Below, in pieces: positions 39,696 through 54,069 of a stretch of DNA of 64,000 bases. The DNA is from Camelus ferus (lineage: Eukaryota). Numbering within the stretch: position 1 is the first letter of the stretch; the number at the start of each line of letters is the position of its first letter. The position numbers and the translations under genes were made by a program. Below the pieces are notes generated by a model that was not told where the DNA came from, did no database searches, and saw only the letters and a program-made list of their open reading frames with translations. The stretch lies in contig NC_045696.1 in NCBI RefSeq assembly GCF_009834535.1, forward strand, positions 66,094,001-66,158,000. The letters run 5' to 3'.

Positions 39696-42600
39696 TGTCC
39701 TATTTCATCTGTTATAATAAGTGGATTGTTGAACTATTTCTGAGGTTTTATCCACCGCATGAAGTTTAGGTCTCTGATTACTATTTACAGTTAAAAATAT
39801 AGTCCTTTTTGTTCCTTCGTGGAAAAAATACTAAAACTATCTGGATTTTTTTTTTTTTTCAGTAGTGTCCTATTAATAAGCCACCAGTTTTCAAAAAAAA
39901 AATCGACAAACTGTGTTTCCTGGAGTATGATTTAAGTGGAATATATTATTAAAACTTAGTTTTTATTCAGAGGAAAGCTACTCAAACAAAAGTCTAGAAA
40001 ATGTTACTGAAATTTAATAGTTGTCAACTAAAGCCATCAAAAGAGAGAGAGAAGTTCCTGGTGGGGGAGGAAAGCTGAGGCGGCTGTGGGCACCCACCAG
40101 ACATCCCCAGGCTGCCTGTACTGTTTGAAAGTACTGAGCTAATAACTGGCAGATGGCTTTCCTGGACCAGATCATTAGACATACCTTACTCCCACCAAAG
40201 AAGGGAGTTTTACTGATTGAATAATATGGAAAAAAATAAGAAAGAGCTCTGAGCAAATAATAAGATTTGCCAGACAAGGAAAGAATGCCAAATTCAGAAA
40301 GCTGCTTGGGGGAGGGTGAGGATCCGCAAGTCAGAAATTCAGTTTTGCAAGTGTTGTTAGAATTTGTTGCTAGAACAAGTTTTATTCCAGATTGTGTTCT
40401 AATCCTTCCTGTGACACTGGGCATTTATCTTTCCACAGACCTAAAGACTTGCTATTTTATATCAATTAGAAGCGGTAGTCCTTGCTATTAAAAAAAAAAA
40501 AAAAAGTAGAGAAAGTCATTATCAGGGAAGCACAAAAGTAAAGAAAAAAAAAGGAGTGAAAAAGGAAAATAAACCCTCACAGATAAAAGCAACCAAACCT
40601 ATGAAGTTTAAATACAGAATACACACCATAGTAGGTGATACTTGAAGTGTTACAAATTCAAATCATCTGAAGGAGGACGTAGAGTTGAGATCTTTCCAAG
40701 TCTAATTATTGTTACAGGATCAACGCTCTAGGATCTCTACACTGTTTCGTTTTCATTCAGTACCAGTAGGGCCCTCTCTTAGTTTGTGAACATGAGCATC
40801 ACTTTCTACAAAGTTTTCCTTGCGGCAGAGGACTTGGAGAAAAAAATCCTGGGTTCTCTAGGAAAATTTTACAGCTCTCAGGTCTAGAGGAGCTGCTGCA
40901 GGTCTCCGGGCTCTTTTTTGGTCTCCATCAAGTCATTTCCCAACTGGCTTTTGGAGCACCAACAAAGAGAGCCATGATCATCACGAGTTAATGTCCGAGA
41001 AAGGCCCAACAGCCACCCTTCCTGCGCTGTGTGAATAATAAGGCGGAACACGGAATGGCATCATCTAATAGCCGCCCAGAAAAGGCTTCTCTCATCAAAG
41101 TGGCAGCAGGGGTTAGCAGGCTAAAGAATGGATTATGGGTGTACTGCCCTGTACCATGGTTCCATTATTTTCTTCTAAAAAAAAAATCACTATAATGAAC
41201 ATCCTTATGTGGCTGAAGGGAATGATTTTCTTTGCAGGGCTGTTGTGACAATAAATAAACTGGCTTATGTCAAGTGTGACACAGTACTACTCTAAGTAGT
41301 CATTAGCTGGTTTTTATGTTCTTTTTCCCCCAAGCAATTTTTTCTAATCCATGATTAAGATGTAAATATCCAATTACTATTCTCATATAATAATCAAGCA
41401 GCCTTTGCTCTCTTTTATTTTCATTATTACACAGTATTTACTCAGGGCCCTATGAGTGCGAGGGACTATAAACAAAATGCAGCAAAAAGCATGGTCTCTG
41501 CCTTCGAATTTCCATTCAAGAAACAGATCATCAGCATTGGAAGTAAAAGAATTTTGCACATCATCATACAATCCCAGATGTGGTTGCAGCCTTCAGTTCC
41601 AGTAAGATAGCTGGTAACGTCCCCATTGCACAGATGAAGTGAAAGAAGCTAAGAGAGGATGAGAGACAGGTTGGAGAGATGGGCTAACAATATAAGGTAG
41701 AGGTGGGGAGGGACCAAACCAGGTCTCATACCCCCAAAACTACTACTTTCCCTATGGAGCCTCTGGAACCCAACAATCCCAGTTCAAAGTCTTATTCTGC
41801 TTCCTCTTAGCCATGTGAGTGTGTGCAAGTGAAGTAAATACTCCTATGAGTCCAAGAAAGCTTGTTTTAAAGACTGAAGGGACAATGCTTTTAATGTGTT
41901 TAACAGAGAGTTATTCAGTAGTCCTCACTATTATTAATATTACATTCTTCTCTTTCTTGATTCCAAACTGAGGGTGGATAATTTCAAACTAAGTATGGTC
42001 CAAAGAACGTTGTTAACATGTAACCTATGGGGACTCACCTCTCACACAGCGTTTGAGGGTTTTAGACGACAAGGGAGTCTTCAAAACATTTAGAACAATT
42101 GTCTCATTTTACAAATGGGGTAACTAAGCCCAGAGAGCTAACTTGATGAGTGGCATAGAGCTCATGAGTGGCAAGCACAGAATCACTTCTTTTCAACCCA
42201 AATGTCATGTTCTTTCTACTACATCATACCAGTAAACTATGTATCAGCACAAACATTTCCAGTTAGTATTGGGAATGTAAAGAGTACAATAGTATATTCC
42301 TCTTCAAAACAGGGGTTGAAATAGGCAAAAAAAAAAGCAAATCCAGAAAGACTGGACCAGATAACAGTAACTGGGAACCATAGAAGGTAACTTTACATGT
42401 ATTCTACATAGGGATCAAGCCACCCAGTTCTCCTTCCTCTCATTTTACAGGTGAAGAAGCTGATATATGGGTCTTATCCTTGAGGCTGAAATCAAAGTAG
42501 GTAGCAACGCTGCCCACAGGTGTGGCACCTGGAAAGAAAGACCCAGTACCCCAGGATCTTGTAACAATACATGAAGCAAAATACAAAGCTAATAAAAGAA

Positions 42601-45008
42601 CTACTGACAGAGGTTAAAAAGATCATATGTGAAAATACCACATGCTTGGGTTCATAGTACAAACTTAATAAATTTTAGCTACAATTATTACGTTGATTTT
42701 TACAGATGAGGGAATTCAGATCTGGAAAGAGAGCAGGGGAAGTGACTTATTGTGTGCATTTGTTTTTGAGTTTTTATTGCATTTTACCAGAGCCAGGACA
42801 GAAAATCCAAAATTCAGGACTTGAGTCCTAATATGCAGAACGTGTATTTTAATTTATAAAGATGGCCAAGCAATCACTCTTCCCCATGAAGGAAATTAAA
42901 AGCCTTCCACATACCCCATGGGTCTCTATCCCCATATCTCACGTCCCAGTTGGAGGGTTAGGGAGACTTGTTCAGTGAAAATGCATTAGGGGCCTTCAGC
43001 TTTCAATTAAAAGCTATAGATTTCCATGCCTCCAGATTTGCAACTATATGCTATACACAACTACAAAGTAAAAAAAGAAAAAAGGAGAAAAAAAAAGGCA
43101 TCTTGTAAGCTTTGACAGCAACTTCCCCAGAAATTCTCAAGAAGTTGCCTGGAGTAAAAGGGTGTTTGAGATCTTCATCACCTGCCAGAAGAAGAGACAC
43201 AGGCTACAATCCTGCCAGTGCATTTAAGAGAAGCGTCACCTGCGAAATGCCAGCGCAGCCTCATTCAATTTTAATAATGTGTCAAGCATGCAGATTTTTC
43301 TTGAAGGCTGGTAGTGACAAGCAGAAAACAAAAGATTCTGAGAGAAAAACCAGGTGAAACAAGCATCAAAAGCAGAAAGCATTAGAAATGGAGGTGTGGG
43401 CAATGTCGGGAAGTGAATGGTGATGGGGTGGTAGGAAGAATTCATGAGGCTGGGGCTCCAAGGGGCTGGGGTCTCAGCGGTCCTTCATCTAGAGAAGAGT
43501 GTCAGATCCCAAGGAGAGGAGCAATGAATTGGGAAGATAAATGCCAAGATTCATTCATGGTCCACGTTTCTGAATGTTTAAGTCACCTATAATCCACTGT
43601 GCACCTGAGAAAACCACTACATGTTGGAAGCTGGAATGGGGCCTCACAAATCATCCAGTTCCAGGACACATTATACAGGGTAGGCTGTGAGACCAGCAGG
43701 GTGAAGGAACGCCTGAGTGAAATACTGGGTTAGTAGCAGAGGTGAGACGAAACCTTGTAGAATTGTAGTTATTTGCCTCACATCACACACGACTTCTGCC
43801 TGTAAAACCAACTACAAAGGGAGTGCTCACTACATTTATGGCAGTCTGTGTATTTCCTTTCTCCTGGTATGTCAGAGGTTGAATTTTTATGCCTATATTC
43901 AGCTTCCTGACTCAGTATTAAGGTTGAAGACATTTGCCTCTTACATATTTATTGCTGAAGAGAAAGCAGAAAAAACAAACCCAGTTTTCTGAACTCCAAA
44001 GCTCTTAAAACATAGAAAACAAAAGAGAATAAACTTTGAATATACGAAGCAAGATCAAACACTCCAAAGAAATCAAATGTAGAATCTCTCATCTCATATC
44101 CCTATTGTGGTCAGCCTTCTTGCACATGGTGCCAACATTCTTCTTCCACTGATACTCACAAGAGGCTATAAGTCAACGCTCTGCCACAGAAAAAAAGCAA
44201 ATAGTTACCGTAAAGTAGAAAAATGAAAATAAGAGAAATAGGTGCTAGATCTGGAAAGGGGTTTGCAGTCACACCAAGAGGGCTTCTAGGAGCTTCATGG
44301 TACAACTCTAACCGTCCGTGGATATATACTGCTTTGTGTGTGTGGTATGTGTGTCAATCCAAGGCATATATCCCATGGGAAAAGTGACACTCCTCTCTGG
44401 GTACTTTCAGCCCCTCAGTGCTGTGGTTCCCTGCCTCATGGAGAAATCGATAATGAAGGTGGTTTATTAGAAACACAGTTTTTTTTATTTTCATACCCTT
44501 TAAGTCAGGAAAATGTTCCAAACTCATTACTTAGGACTCATTGCCTTCTTCTCACTGCCACATCCCATCAGAGATTACAAATCTGTAATTATTAACAGAA
44601 TCTACAGTAATTTATACATTACATGGCAATTTCAGACACATTATACTCTTTGATCATAGGCTAGGGGTTTTTGCCCCATTGTAGGATTTGGAAAGAGAGG
44701 CTCAGCGAGTGGCATGGCTCCCTGAGATACATATAGTGCTATTCCCTATGGAGAATAACAACGTTGGGTCAGGAGCCTGGATTTCTTGCACCAATTCTGC
44801 CAGTGAGACCACTGTTACTGTAAGAACTACTACTATGGTCACCTGATATTAAATGCTTTCCATATGCCAAGTATTACAGTGCTTCACATTTATTATCTCT
44901 TTTAATTCTCATAACAACTCTTTCAGATGGTTTTATTATTTTCCCCACTTAACAAATGAGGAACAGGAGTCTTAGATAAATAAAGAGAGTGTCTGCAGGA
45001 TTACACAG

Positions 45009-45371
45009 TGTTCAATTAATTAAACAAGGAGGCCATTAGACTGCGGTGGTTGTAATGTCTTGGAAGCCTACAGAAGCAAACCAAAGCCCAAGCATAGAAT
45101 GCCTCAAGGTCAAGAAAATCAAAAGCTAAGGACAGCCAGTTACAAACAGCCAACTAGACATTCTCAACTAATGCAACCCCTTAAGCGATAGCCAATCAAA
45201 TAACTCCCTGTCTGGCTTCCCACCTCTTCTCTGTAGGAGTCTTGTCCCTGCCCTGGCTCACCTCTGCAGAGTGCTCTAAGCAGTTCCAGTTTGGTGCTGA
45301 CCAATTTGAATCCATTCTTGCTCAAATAAACTCTTAAAATATTTAATATGCTTTAGCTTATCTTTTTAACA
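45009..45371 (+). mobile_element. Solo ERV1-class LTR (MER34-like) inserted in a MIR
   Basis: TG...CA termini (tgttcaatt...tttaaca), agccaatca CCAAT box, aaataaactc polyA signal and acag/acaa flanks. MIR sequence continues on both sides. Confidence 0.75.
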
Positions 45372-47509
45372 ACAACAAGTAAGTGAGAAAGATTCTTACA
45401 CAGATCTGCCTCATTCCAGGGTCTAAAATTTAACCCTGACTGTGGCCAAGTAACTTCCCTTTTCATGGGTTTGGTTTTCTCATGTGTAATACCAGAAGAA
45501 GGTAAGCTCAGGTGATCTCTACCCCTTTCCATCTCTATTATATGATGGATTTATAAACAAGGTTAACTTCAAGAGTTTTCTAGCCTGAATCTTAAAAATG
45601 TAAAATCAAGCCAGTTTTTCAAGGACAGGAGTGGGAGTGGGTGGGCACTCATTAATAGAAAGTGGAACAAACTGAATGAGTTTCTTTAATGAGGAGCATA
45701 AAATCCTTGATTAGCAGTTTCCGACATCAGAAGGCACATGTCATAGCCAAGAGGCAGTGGGGCAGATTACATCTGTCTGAATTAGAGATTGTCATCATGT
45801 AGTCTTGTTTCCAATGGAGACTCTGAAGCTATATTCATGCTCAACTTTCTCTCCCAACACCCGCTTTTAAAAAGCAGAGGAGTCAGAAAAGTCAGCTTGT
45901 CTTCGAAGGCAGCTCCCTGGGGCATTAGCTGCCTCTGTCTTATTAAGTATATCAGGCATGACTCAGCTCCTCCATCAACTGTCTGGGAAGGAGAACATTT
46001 CATGCTGGTAGAAAATCACCTTAAGCAGAACAATGGAAGGCATTTAAGGTACACGATTAGAACTGGGCCGCTTATTACTCAAAATCAAATCACCCTTCTC
46101 CTATTCTAGACAGGGGAACATAATCACAGCCAATAGGGAAACAAGACTGCATTTGCTTAGAACACACCCGATCACCCTGTCACCTCCAGTTACAACTATC
46201 AGCCACTCAGACACTTCTGTCTGGGTCACAAAACAAGAGGAACTGTGGATTATGCCATGTCTTTCAATCAATAAACCTTCAGTGAGAACTTGCTACATGC
46301 AACAGTTTATAATCGGCTCCAATGGGGGGATAAAGACACAGGGAAGATATGGTTTCTGCCCTCAAAGGTCTCACTATCTAGAGAGTGTAGACAGGCAAAT
46401 AATTAATCTCAATGCAAAGCAAAATAAAGTAAACGCTAAAAAGAAAAAGATACAATATGTCATAAGAGGGCAGAAGGAGCCCTTAATTCTGACTGTAGGG
46501 GAGGGTGGGAAGTTCAATAGAGCCTTCACAGAAGAGCTAGCACTTGATTTAAGCCTGAAAAATGAACAGAATGTGCACTGACAGATACAGAGGGAGGAGT
46601 CCAGGCTGATGGAACATTGTAAGTAAAGGCAGAGGGCACGGGAGCTATAACTGGTCTGTAAACCAGCTGGGGTTGGATTACAGGGTGTGGGATGATTTAG
46701 CACAGCATGAGAATGGGAGGCTAGGGTTATACAGGGTAAGAAATGCTGACATATGAAGTGACACATATTAATAATAACCACGGCAGAGATGAAGGCTGGG
46801 TTAGGGAAGACGTTTGTGCTCCCTGCGGCTGTCTGATGGGTTGTAACTCCATGTGTGTCAAGAAATGGGGTTTCTTTGTCCATTTGTTATCTCTGCTTTT
46901 ATACATGCGGACCACAAATGAAGACAAAAGAGACAATTACAGTAACCTGGGCTCAGGGGTAGGGGAAGCAAGGAAGCCAGTTGCTCCTGAGGTGGTCCTT
47001 TTGCTCCACAATTGTTGGATTAGAGGACTGTGATTTACCAAAATGAGAAGGACATTGTCCGGCGCCTGTTCCTTTTCCATCCCCCAAGCTCCATCACCAT
47101 CACTGATAACACACGGGGCCATAGAGGGGGCAGCCACTTTATTACAGTTTCTGGAACTTAATTACCCAAAACCTTTACTGCTTCTCTCTTTTGGAGCCTT
47201 GTATTTTAATAACAAGAAACCTCAATGAATAGCAATCCTCTGCAGTACAGTACAGTACCCACACATCCCTTGTGGTACTCAAACATCAGCCCGGGGCTCA
47301 TAGACGATTAGCTACTTGGATTCCCTTTCCAACTACCTGAAGGCTCTTTGTTAATAGGACAATTGTCCCTTTCATCTTCATACCCCCCACTTTGCCTAAA
47401 AAAGCCAAGAAGCCCTGTAAATACACTGAGTGAAGAAGAGAATGATGGTAGATCCGATGATGGTCCAAGGCACAGGACTTGAAAATAACTGGAAAAATTA
47501 AAGGTTAGC

Positions 47510-48465
47510 AAAATACAAGCCACAGATGAGGGGGAAAAAAAATCTAAAAGCTCACATATCTGATAAAAGATAGATCCAGGATATATAAAGACCCCTCCAA
47601 ATTTAATAAGAAAATAAATAACTTACAAAGGGAGAGAAGATTACATCAAACATTTTGCCAAAGAGGATATACAAATAAATGAGCATATGAAAAAATGCCC
47701 CAAATCATTCGTCATTAGATAAACGCAAATTGAAAATCACACAAGATACTACTACATACCTATTAGAATGGGTAAAATTAAAAAAATGGAGAATAGCAAG
47801 TGTTAGCAAGGATATGCAGCAGCTAGAACGCTCATTCATTGTTGACGGAAATGCAAAATGAAGCACAATGGCGTTGGAAAACAGTTTGAGGTTTTCCTAT
47901 TAAGTTAAATATACACTTACAAAACAACCTAGCAATATTAGTTCCAGGTATTCACCAAAGACAAATGAAAACTCATGTTCAAACAAAAGCCTATCCACAG
48001 ATGTTTACAGCCGCCTTAATCATAATTGCCAAGAACTTCAAGCAGCCAAGTGAACTTCAGCTTGTTGATGAGTAAACAGACTGTGGCAGATCTTTATAAC
48101 GGAATATTACTCAGCAATAAGGAAAGGCCTTCTGATATGCCTGACGATGTGGATATATCTCAAATGCATTATGCTATGTAAAAGAAGCCCAGTTCCTTAT
48201 GATTCCATCTATATAACATTTTGGAAAAGGCTGAATTACAGAAACAGAAAACTGATGGGAGGTTGGCTCGGGGCTTGTGGTGGGGGAAGCTGATTGTACA
48301 GTGGCAGCATGAGAGAAATTTTGGAGGGTGGTGAAACTTTTCTGCATCTCAACTGTTGTGACTGTTACATGGCTGTATGGATAAGCCAAAATTCATAGAT
48401 TTTGCACAAGAACTGAATTTTATTATATGTAATTGTGTGAATCAAAAAATAGAATAAATTTTAAA
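47510..48465 (+). mobile_element. Old L1 3' end (L1MC/ME-like)
   Basis: Degenerate ORF2 C-terminus (gcaaattgaaaatcacacaagatactactacatacctattagaatgg) followed by L1 3'UTR. Confidence 0.85.
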
Positions 48466-49034
48466 AGGTCAAGAGCTGTGTAGGGTAAAAATCAATAATT
48501 CTAGCCTCTTGATTATAGATTTGACTCCACTTGTCATAACTGACAAGGGGCAAGCATTCAGTCGTGGACCCACTCTGTAGTGCCTTTTCTTACCCACCTG
48601 CAAAGTAGCCAAATCACAGAAATCCTCCAAGACCTAACCTTGACACTACCCGTCTAGATGTAATTGACTATTCTCATTCTGAAGTAATTTCTCTCACTTC
48701 TAAACCACATTAGCAGTTTCTCTGGATCTCACTTGCGACATTAACCAATGTAGAATTATTATTTAAGGTTCTGACTGATCTCCTGCTAAACTGTGAGCCC
48801 AAAGTCAGGGCTTGGGTCCTTATCACCCAGCACAGTGCCCAGACCACAAAGTTTGGTAGATATTTGTTTCTAAAAGAGATGGAATAAGGAAGCTTAGTAT
48901 AAAAACAGAGATCAATAACTGCATAGAGATAAAAGCCTATGCTTCCTTAGAACTCCCTCATATACATGCCATGCTCTCTCATACAGAATAATCTCAGAGC
49001 TGATGTAAAGACTGAAACTTTAGGCATTTACTAT

Positions 49035-49765
49035 ATCCATTCATTCATTCACTGAGTATTTACTAAACACCTAATATGCTCACAGCCTTCTTCTAGGCAC
49101 TAAAGATACAGTGGCAAATAAAATTGTGCCTGTCTCTATGGAAATCTCCTTTCAGAGAAGGCGACAGATATTAAATAACTAATTAGCTAGATAATTAAGT
49201 AAATAATTACACAAGTAATGACTTAGTTGCTTTGGAATGGGTACCATGAAAAAGAAGTACAGGGTAATATGAAAGAGTATGTGACAGGGATCTTAACTCA
49301 AGTCTGTTTGGAGGGAGGGGGAACATGCTTCCTGAAGAACTGACTTTTGAGCTAACTGCTGTAGAATGAAGGCATGAGGGGCAAAGTTGAAAGGAGAGTA
49401 TGTGAAGGCTTTAGAATAGAAAGGAAATGCTCTATGAGAATGTCTGAAAGAAACTTGGAAAATTTCATTGCCAGGAGCAAGCAAATGGAACACGATAAGG
49501 TTAAAAGCAACAAGCAGACAGCCAAACATATAGGAATTGAAATTTTATTCTAATAATAATGGGAGACACTTCCAGGATTTCCACCAGAGGAGACACATGA
49601 TTTAATTTACCATTTTAAATAGATAGCACTGGTTGCCACGTGAAGAATGGGTTGCAGGGAGTGAGCGGAGAAGGAACAGCCAGTTAGGAAGCTACTGCAG
49701 AAAAGTCCAACAGTGAGATGGTGTGACTTGGACTAAGATGATAGTTAAGAGAAGTGGACAGAGCC
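49035..49765 (-). mobile_element. L2 LINE 3' region
   Basis: (cattc)n end, then tttactaaacaccta..ctaggcactaaagatacag..gagatggtgtgacttggacta. Other L2 pieces lie near 1560-1860, 2060-2320, 15935-16070, 18625-18780, 23480-23830, 38550-38820, 46260-46700 and 53990-54965. Confidence 0.82.
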
Positions 49766-51099
49766 ACATGAACGAACTGAGATGGAATGATGAAAAGTGC
49801 AAAGAAAAAGAAAGACAACTTAGTTCAAGGGCTCTTGGACCTCAAACTTAAAACTTCAGTTATGGAATCCCAAAGGGCTAGATTCAGAGGCAACTCAAAC
49901 AATTTTACAGATGAGGAAACACAGACTCAGAAAGGTTAAGTAACTTGCCCAAGGTCATCTAGGAAAGTAGCAACAGATCTGAATCAGTATCAAAGTCTTT
50001 CTTGGTCCTTGTGTTATTTCCCATTTATATATTTTAGTGTTCAAATTCAACCTCTTACTTTATTTTACATTTTTAAAGCAAATACAGTAATGCCATCCAT
50101 GGATCATGGCAAGTAACAAAGACCACAAGACACTTAGACATAAGACACAGGAGACTGTAAAATAGCATTAAGATAGAAACAGGACCGATTTGTTCAGCAT
50201 TGTATCCTAATGCTTAGCAAATGTCAGGCTCATCAAAATGTCTCAATAAATCACTACTCAGTGAATGGATACATTTACTTTTGCCACTATATTGAAAAAT
50301 ACAATTGAAAAATAATACAAATCTCAACTAATTTATAGTCATCAAAGCCAAAATGAGTGGCAGAGGACCACAGACTGGTTTTCAAGCAACTGGTCTGGAA
50401 GAGTAGTAGGCTACTGCCTGCCTTTGAATTCTCACACAGTTGGTAAATAAATAAACATCTGTAGCAAATGAAGTTCTTTCTGGGCAAGGGTTTAATTGCA
50501 TTTGGAAATGTGGACTCTTGTAGGCAAACACCCACCTTCAAACATAAAAATCTCAATCCTAATCTCATAAATAGGGAATCAGTTGGTGCATATCCACATG
50601 CCAAGTGTGTGGTGTCATTTTTCAGGTTCATTCAGCTGAACTTCTGCGTACTTACTTGCTTTCTCTGGTTACAAAAAATTTTAAAATATATTATCTTTTT
50701 TGATCTCCTAGGGCCAATATTATCATCTTCATTTTGTAGATAAAGACAGAGTCACATGGCACCAAGGTTTGACTTGAGTTCAGGATTTTTTTTTTCTCTA
50801 CATTATATATTGTGAATTATGCAGGGCATTTTCTGTCCCAGGATATTTTCTGAGCTCCCATAGCACTGAGATTTAAATTTGCCACACTAACAAAAAAGGA
50901 AATGTTCAAATATTCCTCTCCTAGATCACAGATTAGGGGGTTGAGTCCTGGGAGGACCTCTGAATTCACCATGATCTCTTTCTTCTTTTTTGATGCAATG
51001 TCTCTTACCTCAATGAACCATTCTGGAAAGCAGCTGTGGTATCTATTCATACCCAGCCTGAGACTGCATCTGCTAGTCAGTACTTCAAAAGACATTTAT

Positions 51100-51725
51100 A
51101 AGGGCACAGTCACTTTGGAAAACACTTTGATAGTTCTTCAAAATATTAAACACAGAGTTATTATATGTTGCCCAGAAATTCCACCTCTAGGTATATACCC
51201 AAGAGAAATGAAAACATAGTCCACACAAACACTTGTACACAAATGTTAACAGCAGCATTATTCATAATAGAGAAAAAGTAAAAACTGATCCAAATGCCCA
51301 TCAATAATGAATGGATAAACAATAGGAGGTAGTGAAGTACTGACACATGCTACAATATGGATGTACCTTGAAAAGATTAAGTGAAAATGTTACGCTAAGC
51401 CAGTTGCAAAAAGCCACATATAATATGATTCTGGAGGGGCAAGGGTAGAGCACGCACAAGATCCTGGGTTCAATCCGCAGTGCCTCCATTTAATAAATAA
51501 ATAAATAATTACCTGACCCCCCCCCCAAATTAAAAAAAAAAAAAAGATTCAATTTCTAGGAAATGTTCAGAACAGGTCAACCTATAGAGAAAGAAAGAAG
51601 ATTAGTGGCTGCGTAGGGCTGAGGGAAGGGGGAAGATGGAATGTGGATAGGCAGCTAATGGATACAGAGTTCCTTTTTTGACTGAAGAATACGTCCTTAA
51701 TTTAGATTGTAGTGATGACTGCAAG
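51100..51725 (+). mobile_element. Old L1 3' end (L1MB/MC-like)
   Basis: ccacctctaggtatatacccaagagaaatgaaaacatagtccacacaaacacttgtac...; split by the SINE at 51433. Confidence 0.82.
51433..51545 (+). mobile_element. Internally deleted Vic-1-like SINE nested in an old L1 3' end
   Basis: B box gggttcaatccgc, (AATA)n, a C run and an A tail, with gattc on both flanks. Confidence 0.8.
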
Positions 51726-52719
51726 GCTAACATAACTAGTTGCTACTGCTTCCAACACATGAAGTCCTTAGAAAAAAAAAATATAAATTATGTCCTTAGC
51801 CATGAAAGGGTTGGAATCCCCCAGGTATACCAGGAAAAAGAATAGGTTGGGAGCAGAAGACAAGAGTGTGGCTAAGGCACCTAACCTCTCCAAGTTTCTG
51901 TTTCCTTATCTGTAAAACAGGAATAATGATATACTTTATTGTTATTCGGATGATCAAATAATTCAAGCACTTTAAAACTATGAAACACCATGTGACACTG
52001 TTCACCACTGTAGCGATTAGTTGATACAATGATAACTGGAACTCCGTGTGGCATATACTAGAAGCCCAGTAGCACAGGTGTTTATTGCATTAGTAAATGA
52101 AGGAATACTTATAGATGAAGGAAGCAGTACTCATTTGTTTAACACATGTGTAACTATGTCTACAGATACTGGAATATTGGCAGTTGTCTGAGTATACTTT
52201 GCAGTACCTATCTCTTAGGGAAAAAAAAGGAAAAGGAAATTGCCTGGAATCAATAGAAATGTTTAAATGAGCAGATAAAATAGGCACAAATTAGGGTACG
52301 TAGCTGAGTATCCAGTAATTAGATTGCAATATATTCAGATGATACATGAAATTATTTTAAAAGGGGGGAAGTAAACACAAACATAAGTCCAGGATTATGT
52401 TTGGGGTATGCTAGCAGAGGTTTTCTACGTATATGTGCTTACACACATGTGCACAGTGTTGTGTGGTAAACCAGGGTTGGGGTGGGGCGGGGACTGATTT
52501 GTAGTGTCTGTTTACTAATTTCCAGGGGGTAAATACTCTCACCTTGGCCAATTTCAAACTACCAGTGATTTACTAGCTGGCTCACATAATTCCCTAAAAG
52601 TGAACAAATGGGTGTCATGAATCAGGGTGATCTAGCTTCAGCAAACGGCTCCTGCTGTTTAAAAGTTTCAGACTAGTCCTGCTGTATGGTACCTGTTTTT
52701 AAACAGATATAGCTATCAC

Positions 52720-53680
52720 AAACTCACTTCTTTATCAACAAATACAAATTTATATTATGCCTTTAAAAGCTCAATAGTATTCCCCTTTTTTTGAATCCTC
52801 TATCAATGGATATTTACATCTTTTCCAATGTTACTTATTTTAACAATTGCATGAAAAATAAAATTGAGACTACATCTTAATTCATTTCTCTATTTCCTTA
52901 GGATATATGTGTGCAAGGTTCATTACACACATAAAAGGGAGGAATTTTGGTGTCTTTGAAACCAATAGTCAAGGTGCCCTCCACAAAGCCTCTTCCGGGT
53001 TCACTCTCACCCACGGGGTGTGAGCACATCACACCTGGTCATCAGATCGCCATGTCCTGTCCAGTGCCAGGTAGGACTGTCCTCTCTAATCTCTGTTAAT
53101 CTGATGGGTGAAAAAAGACATTTCATGGCTGGTTTAATTTGTATCTATCCTTGTGTATGAACTTGAGCTTCTTTCTTGTATGATCAATTTGTTTTTTAGC
53201 TTTTTGAACTGCCTGAACTTCCAGTTAAAAATCTTTGCTCATTATTCCAGAGTATACTTTATATTGAAAAGATTTCTGTTATGTGCAAGAGTTCCTTACA
53301 TTGTGATGATATTAATCCTTTGTCATATACCTATATTTTCCCAATTTTTCATTCAGCCTTCAACTTTCAATATTTTGATGCTCCACTAATTTTGTCAATC
53401 TTTATGTACTCAAATATATCAATTTTCTTTTCATGGTCCCTAGCTTTGAGGATATAGCTAGAAAGGCCTTCTCCATCTCAACAGTATATAAACATTTGCA
53501 TATATTTTCTTCTAGTACTTTTAGTGTTTAATTTATTTTTTACATTTAAATATTTAATTCAACTGAGATTTGTTTGGGGGTAAGGCATAAGGTAGGAATT
53601 TAACTTTATTTTTAAAGAAATTACCCAAATGTCCTAGCACTTAAATACATCTTTTCCCACTGACTCTGGATGCTACCTTG
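52720..53680 (-). mobile_element. Old L1 (L1ME-like) fragment
   Basis: T-rich antisense ORF2-end motifs: ggtttaatttgtatctatcc, gaaaggccttctccatc, ggcataaggtaggaatttaac. Confidence 0.7.
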
Positions 53681-54069
53681 GGCCCCCGCCAGCTGCAGAG
53701 CTGGCTTCCTTTCTTTTCTGGATTCCTGTTTTCACTTCAGATTTGTCCTCTGAGAATTTCTTACCAACTCAGCAACTCATTTTAAAAAGCCATTTATTTT
53801 TAAATGCAGCATTTCTAGCTGCTTTACAGCAAAAGTGTTGTTTAGGGGACCTTGTCCACCATACTGAGAGAAACCAAAACCTTCCCCAATCTATTTCTGA
53901 CACGGTAGGTAGCATGAACATTCAGTAACTGGATAATGCCAGGGATCTGCTCAAGTCCTTCCAATGACCTTTTGTGGCAGTGAAGGTAAATGCAACAACA
54001 CCCTTCATAGGCCCTGGACCCTGACTCCCTCTTCTTCTTCATCTCAGGCCCCTTCCCCTAGAGTTCTTT

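Noticed and set aside
46153..46883. Overlapping 142-aa and 169-aa ORFs
   Set aside because: They overlap a decayed L2 and show no recognisable protein similarity or splice structure.
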